Shown: positions 1 through 9,405 of the stretch, one piece after another | Numbering within the stretch: position 1 is the first letter of the stretch | Layout: every line of letters starts with the position of its first letter | From: an uncultured Chloroflexia bacterium | GTDB taxonomy: Bacteria > Chloroflexota > Limnocylindria > Limnocylindrales > CSP1-4 | NCBI GenBank assembly: GCA_963766735.1 | Contig: CAVYBU010000002.1 | Location: forward strand, 192,001-256,000 | Direction: 5' to 3' | Length of the DNA: 64,000 nucleotides | Made by a program: the position numbers and the translations under genes | Notes under the pieces: generated by a model | What the model saw: only the letters and a program-made list of their open reading frames with translations | Told to the model about the DNA's origin: nothing | Databases searched by the model: none

Positions 1-488
1 CGCGGTTCCCGGACGTGGACCGCCTGGTCGTCGGGTGGCCGGACGAGGTGGCGGACGAGATCGGGCTTGGGCCGGCCGACGCGGTGGCGGTCCTTGCCCA
101 CGACGTCAAGTTCGACGAGCCGGCGATCGTGACGGCACTCGCCCGCGGCTGCCGGTACGTGGGGGCAGTGGGATCCCGCAGGACGCAGGCAGACCGGCGG
201 GCGCGGCTCCTGGAGGCGGGGGTCTCCGCGGAGGATCTCGACCGGCTTCGCGGCCCGATCGGCCTGGACCTGGGTGGCCGCCTGCCGGCCGAGACCGCGC
301 TGTCGATCCTGTCGGAGGTCGTGGCCGAGCGCCGGGGTGGGCGAGGTCAGCCGATGCGGGACCTGGCGCGCGAGCGCGAGGCCGCCGGCGCGCACGAAAC
401 GGCTGGGGCGCACGAGGCCGCCGGCGCGCACGAGACCGCCGATCGACACCACGCGGCCGCAGGCGCGCACGAGGCGGCAGGAACATGA
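1..488 (+). CDS. xdhC: XdhC/CoxI family molybdenum-cofactor insertion chaperone (5' truncated by window edge)
   Basis: HDxKFDEPAI..AL..GCRYVGAVGSRR and RLRGPIGLDLGG..PAETALSILSEV motifs; low-complexity AGAHE repeat tail. Confidence 0.9.
   Translation, partial: RFPDVDRLVVGWPDEVADEIGLGPADAVAVLAHDVKFDEPAIVTALARGCRYVGAVGSRRTQADRRARLLEAGVSAEDLDRLRGPIGLDLGGRLPAETALSILSEVVAERRGGRGQPMRDLAREREAAGAHETAGAHEAAGAHETADRHHAAAGAHEAAGT
378..480 (+). repeat. Imperfect ~18-bp coding tandem repeat (AGAHEA/AGAHET) in XdhC C-terminal tail
   Basis: Repeated gccggcgcgcacga-like units. Confidence 0.7.
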
Positions 489-1066
489 ACGTCCTCGCGG
501 TCGTCCTCGCCGCCGGCGCAAGCCGGCGCTTCGGCTCCCCCAAGCTCCTGGCCACCATGGGCGGCCGGCCGGTGCTCCAGCACGTGCTCGATGCCGTTGC
601 CGAAGCCGGCCTCGAGAATGTCGTCGTCGTCCTGGGCGAGCAGGCCGCCGCGATCAGGGACGCCGTGACCTGGCGGAACGAGCGGATCGAGGTCAACCCG
701 CGCCCCATGGACGGCCTGTCCAGCTCGCTCCGGATCGGCCTGGACGCGGCGGCCGAGGACCGGACCGTGGACGCGGTCCTGGTGCTGCTGGGCGACCAGC
801 CGTCGGTGCGGCCCGGTGTCATCCGGACGGTTCTCGCCGCCGCCGAGACGACACCCCAGCCGATCGTCCGTGTCCGCTACGCGGACGATGACGCGCCCAA
901 CCCTGTCCTTGTGCGCCGCGCCGCGTGGGCCCTCGCCGCGGGCCTGTCGGGTGACCGCGGCCTCGGGCCCCTCCTCGCCGAGCGGGCCGACCTCGTCGCC
1001 GAGGTGGCAGCGCAGGGCTCGAACCCAGACATCGACACCCCGGAGGATCTCGCCCGTGTCCACTGA
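485..1066 (+). CDS. mocA: Molybdenum cofactor cytidylyltransferase (MocA-like nucleotidyltransferase)
   Basis: VLAAGASRRFGSPKLL, GLSSSLRIG, LLGDQP, GDRG and DIDTPEDL motifs; ATGA overlap with xdhC stop. Confidence 0.88.
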   Translation: MNVLAVVLAAGASRRFGSPKLLATMGGRPVLQHVLDAVAEAGLENVVVVLGEQAAAIRDAVTWRNERIEVNPRPMDGLSSSLRIGLDAAAEDRTVDAVLVLLGDQPSVRPGVIRTVLAAAETTPQPIVRVRYADDDAPNPVLVRRAAWALAAGLSGDRGLGPLLAERADLVAEVAAQGSNPDIDTPEDLARVH

Positions 1067-1919
1067 CGCCAGCCCCCGCGACGCAGCCCGGATCGAGGCC
1101 GCATGGGCGGAGCGCGTCCAGGCAAACCGTGAACAGGCCGAGCGGCTCCGCGAGTCCACAACGGACGATCACTACGCCCCTATCTCGGGCCTGTTCGTGG
1201 CCGACCCGCGGCGCACCGACGAGCCCGCGCTGGAGATGCTGCGCGCCATGACGGCGCCCGACGAGTCGTGGCTGGACATCGGTGCAGGGGCCGGTCGGTA
1301 CGCGCTGCCGCTGGCGCTCCGTGTGCGAGAGGTGATCGCCGTGGAGCCGTCACCGGGCATGCGCCGTGCCCTGCAGGCCGGGATCGACGAGCACGGGCTG
1401 TCGAACGTTCGGGTCATCGGTGGGACCTGGCCCGAGGCGCTCGACCAGCTGGCGCCGCTCCCGGCGGCTGATGTCTCGCTCATCGCCCACGTCGGGTACG
1501 ACATCGAGCAGATCGGCCCGTTCCTGGCGGGGATGGAGGCGGCCACCCGGGATCGCTGTGTCGCCATCCAGACCGACCGCAGCCCGGCATCCGTGGCGGA
1601 CCTGTTCTGGCCCCTGGTCCACGGCGAGGAGCGCGTGCCGCTGCCGGCGCTGCCGGACTTGCTGGGGCTGCTGCACGCCCGCGGCTGCGAGACGGAGGTG
1701 GTCCGCGTGGACCGTTCGCCGCGCTCGTTCGAGACGGTGGACGCGCTCGCCGCCTTCCTCCGCCGGCAGCTGTTCATCACCGAGGGCTCTGACAAGGACC
1801 TGCACTTCCGGTCGGTGCTGGCGGACCGGGTCGCCCTGCGGGACGGGGCCTGGACCCTGGCCAACCGACCCGCGGGCTACATCGGGATCGCGACCTGGCG
1901 GTGGCCCGGCGCCGGATGA
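1056..1919 (+). CDS. Class I SAM-dependent methyltransferase
   Basis: WLDIGAGAGRY motif I, VIAVEPSPGM; GTG start overlapping mocA end. Confidence 0.85.
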   Translation: MSTDASPRDAARIEAAWAERVQANREQAERLRESTTDDHYAPISGLFVADPRRTDEPALEMLRAMTAPDESWLDIGAGAGRYALPLALRVREVIAVEPSPGMRRALQAGIDEHGLSNVRVIGGTWPEALDQLAPLPAADVSLIAHVGYDIEQIGPFLAGMEAATRDRCVAIQTDRSPASVADLFWPLVHGEERVPLPALPDLLGLLHARGCETEVVRVDRSPRSFETVDALAAFLRRQLFITEGSDKDLHFRSVLADRVALRDGAWTLANRPAGYIGIATWRWPGAG

Positions 1920-1980
1920 CTTCGCGCCCGTGGTCGCCCGGGCCCGTTTGACTCGTGACCTGGCGGTGGCCCAGCCCCGC

Positions 1981-2034
1981 TTGACTCGCGCACGTGCCAA
2001 CACTATAGTATGGACCGTCTACTCCATACTGTAG
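1981..2034 (+). promoter_or_regulatory. Sigma70-type promoter with overlapping palindromic operator
   Basis: TTGACT(1981)-N17-TATAGT(2004); inverted repeat CTATAGTATGGA-N8-TCCATACTGTAG (2003-2034, one mismatch). Confidence 0.75.
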
Positions 2035-2045
2035 AGGCACCGGTC

Positions 2046-2516
2046 ATGAACGAACTCGCCATCGGGGCGACCTGGATCCATACCATCGCGATCGTGGTCC
2101 TGCTCGGGTACTACGCGACGCTGTCCCTGGTGGTGCTGCCGTGGCTCAAGTCGGGCGGCAGCCCGGAGCCGGGGAGCGTCGTGGCCGCGCTGGAGCGGCG
2201 GATGCTGCCGTGGATCCTCGCGTCGATCGTCCTGTTCACGGTGACCGGCCTGGTGCTGATGGCGGCGCACACCGGGCCGAACCCGGACTGGACGCCCCTG
2301 ATCATCGTGAAGCACGTCATCGTCATCGGGATGGTGATCCTCGGCGTCGTCGTGGATCGGGTGCTCGTCCCGCGTGTCGCCGGCACCTGGTGGACCCCGG
2401 CCGTGGTGCCCTCCACCGATGTCCAGGACCTGCGCCTGATCGTCCAGGCGTCGGCGGTGATGAGCGTCCTCGGCGCCGTCGTGCTGCTGCTGACCGCGGC
2501 GGCGCAGGTCGGCTGA
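2046..2516 (+). CDS. Four-TM membrane protein (CopD/DUF4149-like)
   Basis: WIH..A...LLG start, four hydrophobic segments, IIVKH motif. Confidence 0.6.
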   Translation: MNELAIGATWIHTIAIVVLLGYYATLSLVVLPWLKSGGSPEPGSVVAALERRMLPWILASIVLFTVTGLVLMAAHTGPNPDWTPLIIVKHVIVIGMVILGVVVDRVLVPRVAGTWWTPAVVPSTDVQDLRLIVQASAVMSVLGAVVLLLTAAAQVG

Positions 2517-2526
2517 GGCCGCTCCC

Positions 2527-3051
2527 GTGGACCCGACGCTCGGCCCGAGCTCCTTCGTCATCCTCGGCATCACCGCCGCGGCCGGACCGATGACGGCCTA
2601 CGACCTCAAGAGCGCGATCGGCCGCTCGGTGGGCTTCCTGTGGCCGTTTCCCCACGCACAGGTCTACAAGGAGACGGCCCGCCTGGCCTCGCTCGGCCTG
2701 CTGGAGGAGGACCAGGAGGCGGGTGGCCGCCGGCGTCGACGCTACGCCGTCACCCCGGCAGGGCGGGCAGCGGTGGAGGCCTGGTTGTCCAGCCCGCCCG
2801 ATGAGCCGGCTCAGCTGCGGGATCCAGGACTGCTCAGGCTGGCGTTCGCGAGCCTCGCGGCGCCGGGCGACCTCGAGCGCCTGTGTGAGGACCAGGTCCG
2901 CGAGCACCTGGCCCGCCTCGCGGTCTACGCGGGCTTCGCCGACGTGCCGATGGACCGATTCCTGCGGGCGACGCTGGAGTTCGGGCTACGCCACGAGGAG
3001 TTGATGGCCGCTGAGTGGGAGCGGCTTCGCAAGACGCTCGGGACGGGCTGA
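2527..3051 (+). CDS. PadR family transcriptional regulator
   Basis: ILG....GPMTAYDL, W...HAQVY.E.ARL, RRRYAVTPAGR winged helix. Confidence 0.9.
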   Translation: MDPTLGPSSFVILGITAAAGPMTAYDLKSAIGRSVGFLWPFPHAQVYKETARLASLGLLEEDQEAGGRRRRRYAVTPAGRAAVEAWLSSPPDEPAQLRDPGLLRLAFASLAAPGDLERLCEDQVREHLARLAVYAGFADVPMDRFLRATLEFGLRHEELMAAEWERLRKTLGTG

Positions 3052-3158
3052 AGCCCCGGCATCGTACGCGCTGACGCAGCCTGGCGCCCCGCCTGCCGGC
3101 AATCCTGCCTCGGCGCTCCGCCCGCCTTCGGTCCGCCGCCCGCCCCCGATCCGGCGCA

Positions 3159-3404
3159 CTACCCGTCGCGCTTCACAACCCAGTGCGAGACCTGGTCGAT
3201 GGCCTCCTCTGCCGTCCGGGCGACGTCCACGCGGGCACGCGGGTAGCCAGCCTCGTGGAGTCTTCGCTGGACCTCCGCCGCCGCAGCGGGACCGTCACCA
3301 AGCTCCTCCCGGTGCACGATGTCGCGGGCCTGCTCGTAGGCGCGCACGAACTCGCTGTCGTCCCAGGGGGTGATGCTGGAAGTCGTGTGGATGGAGCTCG
3401 TCAT
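3159..3404 (-). CDS. Small hypothetical protein
   Basis: ATG at 3404 preceded by GGAGGTG RBS; 81-aa ORF with normal composition. Confidence 0.65.
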   Translation of the reverse strand: MTSSIHTTSSITPWDDSEFVRAYEQARDIVHREELGDGPAAAAEVQRRLHEAGYPRARVDVARTAEEAIDQVSHWVVKRDG

Positions 3405-3507
3405 GCCGATCACCTCCACCCGCAGTCTGGGCCGATCGCGCGTCCGGGGACAGGGCCGGACGTCCCGCCCTGCCTCGTCCGGAGCCCCGCCATGAGAGAC
3501 TGACGGC

Positions 3508-4146
3508 ATGGAGCACATCCACGCCATCGTCGGACCGCTCGCCACCAACGTCTACGTGCTGGCGGACCCGTCCACGCGCGAGGCGATCGCCATCGACACG
3601 GCGACGCCGTCCCTGGACTGGATCGCGGGCGCGCTGGAAGAGCGCGAATGGACCCTCAAGCTGATCGTCAGCACGCACGGCCACTGGGACCACATCGGCG
3701 ACAACGCCGCGGTCGCGGAGCACACCGGCGCGTCGATCGCGGTCCATCCCGCGGACCGCCACCGCCTGGAGGACCCGCAACCGCTCTACGCCCCATTCCC
3801 GATCGTGCCGTCCGTGCCCGCGGTGGACCTGGCCGAGGGCGGCGAGATCCGGTTCGGCGACATCCGACTGCGGGTGCTCCACACGCCCGGTCACACCGAA
3901 GGCTCCGTCTGCCTGCTCTCGGGCGACGACGGCCTGCTGTTCAGCGGCGACACGCTGTTCCCCGGCGGCTGGGGCCGCGTGGACTTCCCCGGCGGCTCGG
4001 CGGAGGAGATGGTCGCGTCCATTGCCCGGCTGTCGCAGCTGGAGGACCGCCTCCGCGTGCTTCCCGGACACGGTGCAGCCACGACGATCGGTCACGAGCG
4101 CGGCTGGATGGAGCTGGTCAGGCGCGAGGGTCGCCTCCCGTTCTGA
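3508..4146 (+). CDS. MBL-fold metallo-hydrolase (glyoxalase II-like)
   Basis: THGHWDH, HTPGHT, FSGDTLF and PGHG metal-binding motifs. Confidence 0.92.
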   Translation: MEHIHAIVGPLATNVYVLADPSTREAIAIDTATPSLDWIAGALEEREWTLKLIVSTHGHWDHIGDNAAVAEHTGASIAVHPADRHRLEDPQPLYAPFPIVPSVPAVDLAEGGEIRFGDIRLRVLHTPGHTEGSVCLLSGDDGLLFSGDTLFPGGWGRVDFPGGSAEEMVASIARLSQLEDRLRVLPGHGAATTIGHERGWMELVRREGRLPF

Positions 4147-5179
4147 GGCGCTGCTCCTCGGCCTCCTGGCCCGCGGACCGCCACCCGGCCGGGGCGGGAG
4201 CGTCCAGCGGGCGCCCATACACCTGCCATCGGTGCGCAACCCCGAACCCAAGCCTCTCGTACAGCTGCAACGCGCCCGTCGGGTTGGAGCCGTCCACGCC
4301 CAGCCACGCCTCGGCCATGCCCTGGTCCCGCAGGACCCGCAACGATGCCGAGCAGAGTGCCTTGGCCACGCCACGCCCGCGCCACGGGCGCCGCACCGAG
4401 ACCTGCTCCAGCCACCCGCGGCTGATCGCCAGCTCCTCGATCTCGGCGCGGACGATCGTGTTCATCACGATGCCCGCCACCTGGTCTCCGTCCCACGCGA
4501 TGCACCACAGGGACGTGTCCCGGTCCGGGCCGTGGAACCAGGTGTGGAGGTTCGTCTCGTCCGGCGCGCGATGGCCCCAGTGATCCGCGAACGCCTCGTT
4601 GTTGGCATCGAAGATCGCCCGGTGCTGATCCGGCGTGACCGGCCGCATCTCGAGGCCTACGGGGAGGGGAGCCTCCGGCAGGATCCCGGTGAGCGTCCGG
4701 CGCATCTCAAACCCGTATCGGATGGGGACGAAACCCTCAGCGGCCAGCAGCGCCCTCTTGCCCGTCTCCTGGTCCAGGGCCCAGGAGCGCATCTCCAGCG
4801 GACCGCGCCAGGGATCGGCCGCGCACTCGGCCGCGAGGCGCTCCCGGTTCGCGTGGAAGAGCATCGTCCCGATGCCCCGGCGCCGATGTTCGGGCACGAT
4901 CACGCCCCACGACTCCGCCACGAGCACGCCGTCGCGGACGAGGCGGTACCCGATGGAGAAGCCGGCGAAGGCCCCATCCAGCTCGGCGAGCAGGACATCC
5001 CGCTCCGTCCGGAACGTCGCGGAGTCGGCGTTGTCGGCGGCGAGGGTTGCCCCAGTCTGGACCTCCTCGATCCCGTCGGCGCGGTTGGCGCGGTTGAGCG
5101 CGTCAGCCATCGCGTCCCAGTCTTCGGCCGTGGCGTGCCGGAGCGTGAGCCCGGGGATCGTCGTGGCAGTCGTGCTCAT
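4118..5179 (-). CDS. Tandem-domain GNAT family N-acetyltransferase
   Basis: Two acetyl-CoA motifs (VPEHRRRGIG, VRRPWRGRGVA) and NPTGALQLYERLGF; ATGA overlap with upstream GNAT. Confidence 0.88.
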   Translation of the reverse strand: MSTTATTIPGLTLRHATAEDWDAMADALNRANRADGIEEVQTGATLAADNADSATFRTERDVLLAELDGAFAGFSIGYRLVRDGVLVAESWGVIVPEHRRRGIGTMLFHANRERLAAECAADPWRGPLEMRSWALDQETGKRALLAAEGFVPIRYGFEMRRTLTGILPEAPLPVGLEMRPVTPDQHRAIFDANNEAFADHWGHRAPDETNLHTWFHGPDRDTSLWCIAWDGDQVAGIVMNTIVRAEIEELAISRGWLEQVSVRRPWRGRGVAKALCSASLRVLRDQGMAEAWLGVDGSNPTGALQLYERLGFGVAHRWQVYGRPLDAPAPAGWRSAGQEAEEQRLRTGGDPRA

Positions 5180-6150
5180 CGGTGGTCCTCCCCAGGGTCG
5201 AACGGCTTGCGGTAGGTCGCGCTGCGCGTGACGACGCGGAAGCCGGATGCCTCGTACAGGGTGAGCGCCTGGTTGCGATTGTCCAGGTCCACGCCGAGCC
5301 AGGCGCTGGCGGCCCCGGCCTCCCGGAGGCGCCGGAGGCTCTCCGCCATCGCTGCCCGGCCAAGGCCGCGGCGGCGGTGGTCGGGGCGCGTGGCGAGGGA
5401 TTCGAGGTAGCCCCGGATGGTGCCGTCCGGGGCCGGCTCGAGGAAGTTGCTGAGGCACGCCACCGGCGCGTCGCCCTGCCACGCCACCACGACGAGATCG
5501 CGGCGGAAGCGGGGATCTCCCGCCCAGACGTCGAGCCGCTGATCGCCGGCGTCGTACTCCCCCCAGTGTTCGTTGAAGGCCGTGACCATCACGTCGAAGA
5601 TGGCCGGCAGCTCGTGCTCCTCCGGCGTGCGGATGGCGTAGCCGTCCGGGACGTCGACCGCCGGCAGGTCCAGGAGGTCCGGCCGGAGCATCTGCGCGTC
5701 CCAGCGCACGGCCTCATAGCCGCGACCTGCCAGCGCCAGGAGGAACTCGTCGTCGCCCTCGTCCGCATAGGCGGTGAACCAGGACCGGCGGTCCCGGGCG
5801 TGTGTCCCGGCGATCACCCGCAGGCGCGCCTCGCTCCAGGCGAGGAACGCCTCGGCGATACCCAGGCCCCAGGCGGCGGGCTCGACGATGGCGGTGGAGT
5901 CGTAGACCCGGTCACCGTCGGCCAGGTCGTGCCATTCGACCCGCGCGTAGCCGACGGTGATCCCGTCTCGTTCCGCGATCAGGCAGTCCTCGAGCGGATC
6001 GGAGTTCACGAGGTGGGCGTAGTGATGCTCCATCGCCGCGAGGTTGACCCCGTCGAGCAGCCCGAGCCGGGCCCGCAGCCGTGCACTCGCCGCGGCCATC
6101 CCGGCCAGCTCCTCCGTCCCGCGATACGGGCGGTAGGCGGTGCCGTTCAT
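5176..6150 (-). CDS. Tandem-domain GNAT family N-acetyltransferase
   Basis: VEPAAWGLGIA, TRPDHRRRGLG, N.ALTLYEASGF; ATGA overlap with rsgA. Confidence 0.88.
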   Translation of the reverse strand: MNGTAYRPYRGTEELAGMAAASARLRARLGLLDGVNLAAMEHHYAHLVNSDPLEDCLIAERDGITVGYARVEWHDLADGDRVYDSTAIVEPAAWGLGIAEAFLAWSEARLRVIAGTHARDRRSWFTAYADEGDDEFLLALAGRGYEAVRWDAQMLRPDLLDLPAVDVPDGYAIRTPEEHELPAIFDVMVTAFNEHWGEYDAGDQRLDVWAGDPRFRRDLVVVAWQGDAPVACLSNFLEPAPDGTIRGYLESLATRPDHRRRGLGRAAMAESLRRLREAGAASAWLGVDLDNRNQALTLYEASGFRVVTRSATYRKPFDPGEDHR

Positions 6151-7271
6151 CGGTCTCTCCCGTACTTCTCGGCCATGTACCGGCTGGCGGCCTGGCTGAT
6201 GGCCTTCCACTTCTTCCGCTCCGCCTCGCGGAGGAGCCGGTCCCCGGAGCGCGCGACGTGGGCCGCCTCCTTCTCGAGCTTGCGATAACTCTCGAGGCGG
6301 GCGTGGCTCAACCGGCCGTCGGCGAGGGCGGCACCGATCGCGCAGCCGGGCTCCCGCTCGTGGCGGCAGTCGGCAAACCGGCAGCCCGCGGCGATCTCCA
6401 TGATGTCGGCAAACGCCGGATCCAGTCCGTCGCCTGCGCCGCCGACGCCGAGGGAGCGGATCCCCGGCGTGTCGATGAGGAGCGCGCCGCCGGGCAGGCG
6501 GACGAGCTCGCGATGGGTGGTCGTGTGGCGGCCGCGGGAGTCATCCTCGCGAACCGCGCTGGTGCGCAGGTGCTCGCGCCCGAGGAGCGCGTTGACCAGC
6601 GTGGACTTGCCGACGCCCGACGAGCCCAGGACGACGGCCGTTCTCCCGGGAGCCAGGTGGCGTGTCGCGAGGTCGGCCACGCCGTCTCCGGTCCGCGCGG
6701 AGATCGCGACGACATCCGTCCCCGGGGCCACGCTGCCGGCCGCGGTCCGCAGGCCCTCGAGATCGGCGGCCACGTCCGCCTTGTTGAGGACGACGACGGG
6801 GATCGCGCCCCCGGAATACGCCACGGCGATGTACCGCTCCAGGCGGCGAAGGTTGAAGTCGCCGTCCAGGCCTGCGACGACGAGCGCCACGTCCACGTTG
6901 GCGGCCAGCACCTGCTCGTCGGTTGCGTGGCCCTCCTCGGTTCCGCGCCGGAACACCGTGCGCCGCGGCAGGACGGCATGGATCACGGCGGGCCCTCCAC
7001 CGTCGGTGCTACCGGCGGCAGCCACCCAGTCGCCCACGGCGGGCAGGTCGGCAGGGCCGAGGGCCTCGTGGCGGAGCCGGCCGGCGATGACCGAGTCCCG
7101 GTCCCCGCCGGGAGTGGCGAGGACCCAGGAGGCCCGATGTGAGGCCACGACCCGGGCGGGCTGCCACCCCGTTGCCGTGAACGGCGCGAAGGAGGCGGCC
7201 CAGCCCGGGTCCCAGCCGAGCTCGGTCGGAGTCGCGGGAGCCGCGCCTTCGGTCGGGTGGTCCATCGTCAT
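6147..7271 (-). CDS. rsgA: Ribosome small subunit-dependent GTPase A
   Basis: PAVGDWV, AANVD, NKAD (G4), GSSGVGKST (G1), GRHTTT, DTPG (G3), CRFADCRHEREPGC zinc site. Confidence 0.95.
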   Translation of the reverse strand: MTMDHPTEGAAPATPTELGWDPGWAASFAPFTATGWQPARVVASHRASWVLATPGGDRDSVIAGRLRHEALGPADLPAVGDWVAAAGSTDGGGPAVIHAVLPRRTVFRRGTEEGHATDEQVLAANVDVALVVAGLDGDFNLRRLERYIAVAYSGGAIPVVVLNKADVAADLEGLRTAAGSVAPGTDVVAISARTGDGVADLATRHLAPGRTAVVLGSSGVGKSTLVNALLGREHLRTSAVREDDSRGRHTTTHRELVRLPGGALLIDTPGIRSLGVGGAGDGLDPAFADIMEIAAGCRFADCRHEREPGCAIGAALADGRLSHARLESYRKLEKEAAHVARSGDRLLREAERKKWKAISQAASRYMAEKYGRDR

Positions 7272-8185
7272 CCCACCCGCTTGAGCTTGCCGGTGCGCTT
7301 CGCGTATCGCTCGGCGCGCGCGAACGCCCACAGGCCGGCCGGGATGAGCACGACGCCAAGGATGATCAGGGGGACGATGTCCCCGACGAGGGCCGTGAGC
7401 GGCGCCCCATCGAGGATCCCTGCCCGCACGCCGTCGAGCACGTAGGTTGCCGGCGACAGCCTCGAGATCGCCTGCATCCACTCCGGCAGGACCTCGACCG
7501 GGTAGTAGACCCCGGACACGAGGAGCAGGCACGACTGGATGACGAAGGTCATCTGCGCCCCGCGTTCCACGTAGAGCAGCGGCAGGATCGCGGCCATCAT
7601 GCCGATGCCCACGAAGCTGAACGACCCGAGGAGAACGAAGACCGCGGCGGTCGAGAGGTTCGTCACCCCCAGGTCCAGCCCCCGGTAGAACAGCATCATG
7701 ACCACGAGCATGGCAGCGGTATGCACCAGGCCGTAGCCCATCGCGTACACGCAGGATCCCAGGAGCTGGGTCCAGCGCCGAACCGGCGCCATGAACGTGT
7801 ACTCGAGCGTGCCCTCCCAGCGCTCCATCGCGATCGTCTCTGCGATCCACGAGAAGACGACGGACAGGTAGTTCCAGAAGACGGCGCCGATGATGAGCGT
7901 GAGCAGGAGCCGCTCGTTGCCCTCGGCAGCACCGATCAGGCTGATCGATAGGGCACCGGCGACGGAGTAGACGAGGAAGGCGAGCTCCCACCCCCAGTAC
8001 CGGCGGGTGAGGAAGAAGTTGCGTTCGACGAAGGCGTATGACGCCTTCAGCTCGTGCGCGACGAGAGCCAACGGAGGTTTCCTTTCGAGGTTCCGCTCCC
8101 GGGTCCGGTTGCCCGGACCCGGGATGCGTCTGCGGCGGGGGTCATCCCTGCCACTCGGGGGTGGCCAGGGTCTCGCCTCCGACAC
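7268..8185 (-). CDS. ABC-2 type exporter permease
   Basis: Multiple TM helices, ERWEGTLE, SGVYYPVEVLPEWMQ..S..SPATY motifs. Confidence 0.9.
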   Translation of the reverse strand: MSEARPWPPPSGRDDPRRRRIPGPGNRTRERNLERKPPLALVAHELKASYAFVERNFFLTRRYWGWELAFLVYSVAGALSISLIGAAEGNERLLLTLIIGAVFWNYLSVVFSWIAETIAMERWEGTLEYTFMAPVRRWTQLLGSCVYAMGYGLVHTAAMLVVMMLFYRGLDLGVTNLSTAAVFVLLGSFSFVGIGMMAAILPLLYVERGAQMTFVIQSCLLLVSGVYYPVEVLPEWMQAISRLSPATYVLDGVRAGILDGAPLTALVGDIVPLIILGVVLIPAGLWAFARAERYAKRTGKLKRVG

Positions 8186-8435
8186 GCCGGCCGAGTCGCA
8201 CCAGCGACTCGCCGAACTGGTGGCGGATCGACCGTTTGGACACGGTGTCCGCGCGGTCGGCGCCGTGGATCAACCACTCGGACACGATGGCCGCGCGGTC
8301 GGCATCGCGAATCGCCCGATGGAACGACTTGCGCTCCTCGAAGTTCGCGAGCTGGAGTGCGATGTGATGCACGTGAGGATCCTTTCGGAAGGTGGGGTGA
8401 CGCCTGGTGGTCGTTGCTGGCCGGTTGGTCATCAC
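8142..8435 (-). CDS. Small hypothetical protein within ABC/rsgA operon
   Basis: Strong AAAGGAGGTG RBS; C-terminal G.SLVRLGRRV amphipathic segment; sits between ATPase and permease. Confidence 0.6.
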   Translation of the reverse strand: MMTNRPATTTRRHPTFRKDPHVHHIALQLANFEERKSFHRAIRDADRAAIVSEWLIHGADRADTVSKRSIRHQFGESLVRLGRRVGGETLATPEWQG

Positions 8436-8454
8436 GGCACCTCCTTTCGATGGT

Positions 8455-9405
8455 TCAGTCGGGTGTGTCGCCGTCCTCCTCGACGTCCTCGTCGAGGGAG
8501 CGGCCGGTGAAGGTCATGAACACGGCGTGGAGCGTGGGCTCCTGCCCGTGAACGTCGGCGACCATGCGCTTGAGCCCTTCGGGCGAGTCCTCGGCAACCA
8601 CACGACCCCCATCGAGGATCGTGATCCGGTCGCAGAGGCGCTCAGCCTCGGCCAGGTCGTGCGTGGTGAGGACGATCGTGGCGTCGTGCGCCTTGTTCAT
8701 CTCTTCCACGAAGCCCTGGACGTCGAGCTTGCTGCGCGGGTCGAGGCCCGTCGTCGGCTCATCCAGGAGGAGCACCGTCGGGCTCGTCAGCAGGGCTCGC
8801 GCGATCGCGACCTTCTGCTGCATTCCCCGGCTCATCTGCTCCACCGGGCGTCCGAGGCGGCTCTCCGCGATGCCGAGCCGGGCGAGGATGGCCGTGGCCT
8901 GCCGCTTCGCCTGTCGGGCATCGAGGCCGTAGAGGCGGGCGGCGAAGAGCAGGTTCTCCATCGGGCTCAGCTTCTTGAAGAAGGCCGCGTCCACGCTCAC
9001 CCGGTTGATGAGCCGCTTCACGGCGAGCTCATCGCGCTCGATGTCGAGGCCGAACACCTCCACCTTGCCCTCGTCCAGGGTCAGCAACCCAGAGATCAGG
9101 CGGATGAGGGTCGACTTGCCGGAGCCGTTGGCGCCCAGGACCCCGTGGATCGTGCCGCGCTCCAGGCGGAGCGAGACGTCGTCGATCGCGAGGACCGGGG
9201 GCTTGCGCCGGTCGACGTTGAAACGCTTGGTGACGTGGTCGACGAGGAGAGCCGGCGGGCCAGCCGGGGTCCGGAGCAGGGGGGCGTGCCCTCCCGCGTC
9301 CGGGCCGGCCGGGATCCGCGCGGCGGGCTCGAGGTCGGCGTTGGCGGACATCGGGCTCGACGTCGGAGTGGTCGTCTTCGGTTCGGGCGCGAGGGTTGTG
9401 GTCAC
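8455..9405 (-). CDS. ABC exporter ATP-binding protein (DrrA/NodI-like)
   Basis: GANGSGKST Walker A, MSRGMQQK signature, LLLDEPTTGLD Walker B, TTH; GTG at 9405 after CAGGAGG. Confidence 0.93.
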   Translation of the reverse strand: MTTTLAPEPKTTTPTSSPMSANADLEPAARIPAGPDAGGHAPLLRTPAGPPALLVDHVTKRFNVDRRKPPVLAIDDVSLRLERGTIHGVLGANGSGKSTLIRLISGLLTLDEGKVEVFGLDIERDELAVKRLINRVSVDAAFFKKLSPMENLLFAARLYGLDARQAKRQATAILARLGIAESRLGRPVEQMSRGMQQKVAIARALLTSPTVLLLDEPTTGLDPRSKLDVQGFVEEMNKAHDATIVLTTHDLAEAERLCDRITILDGGRVVAEDSPEGLKRMVADVHGQEPTLHAVFMTFTGRSLDEDVEEDGDTPD

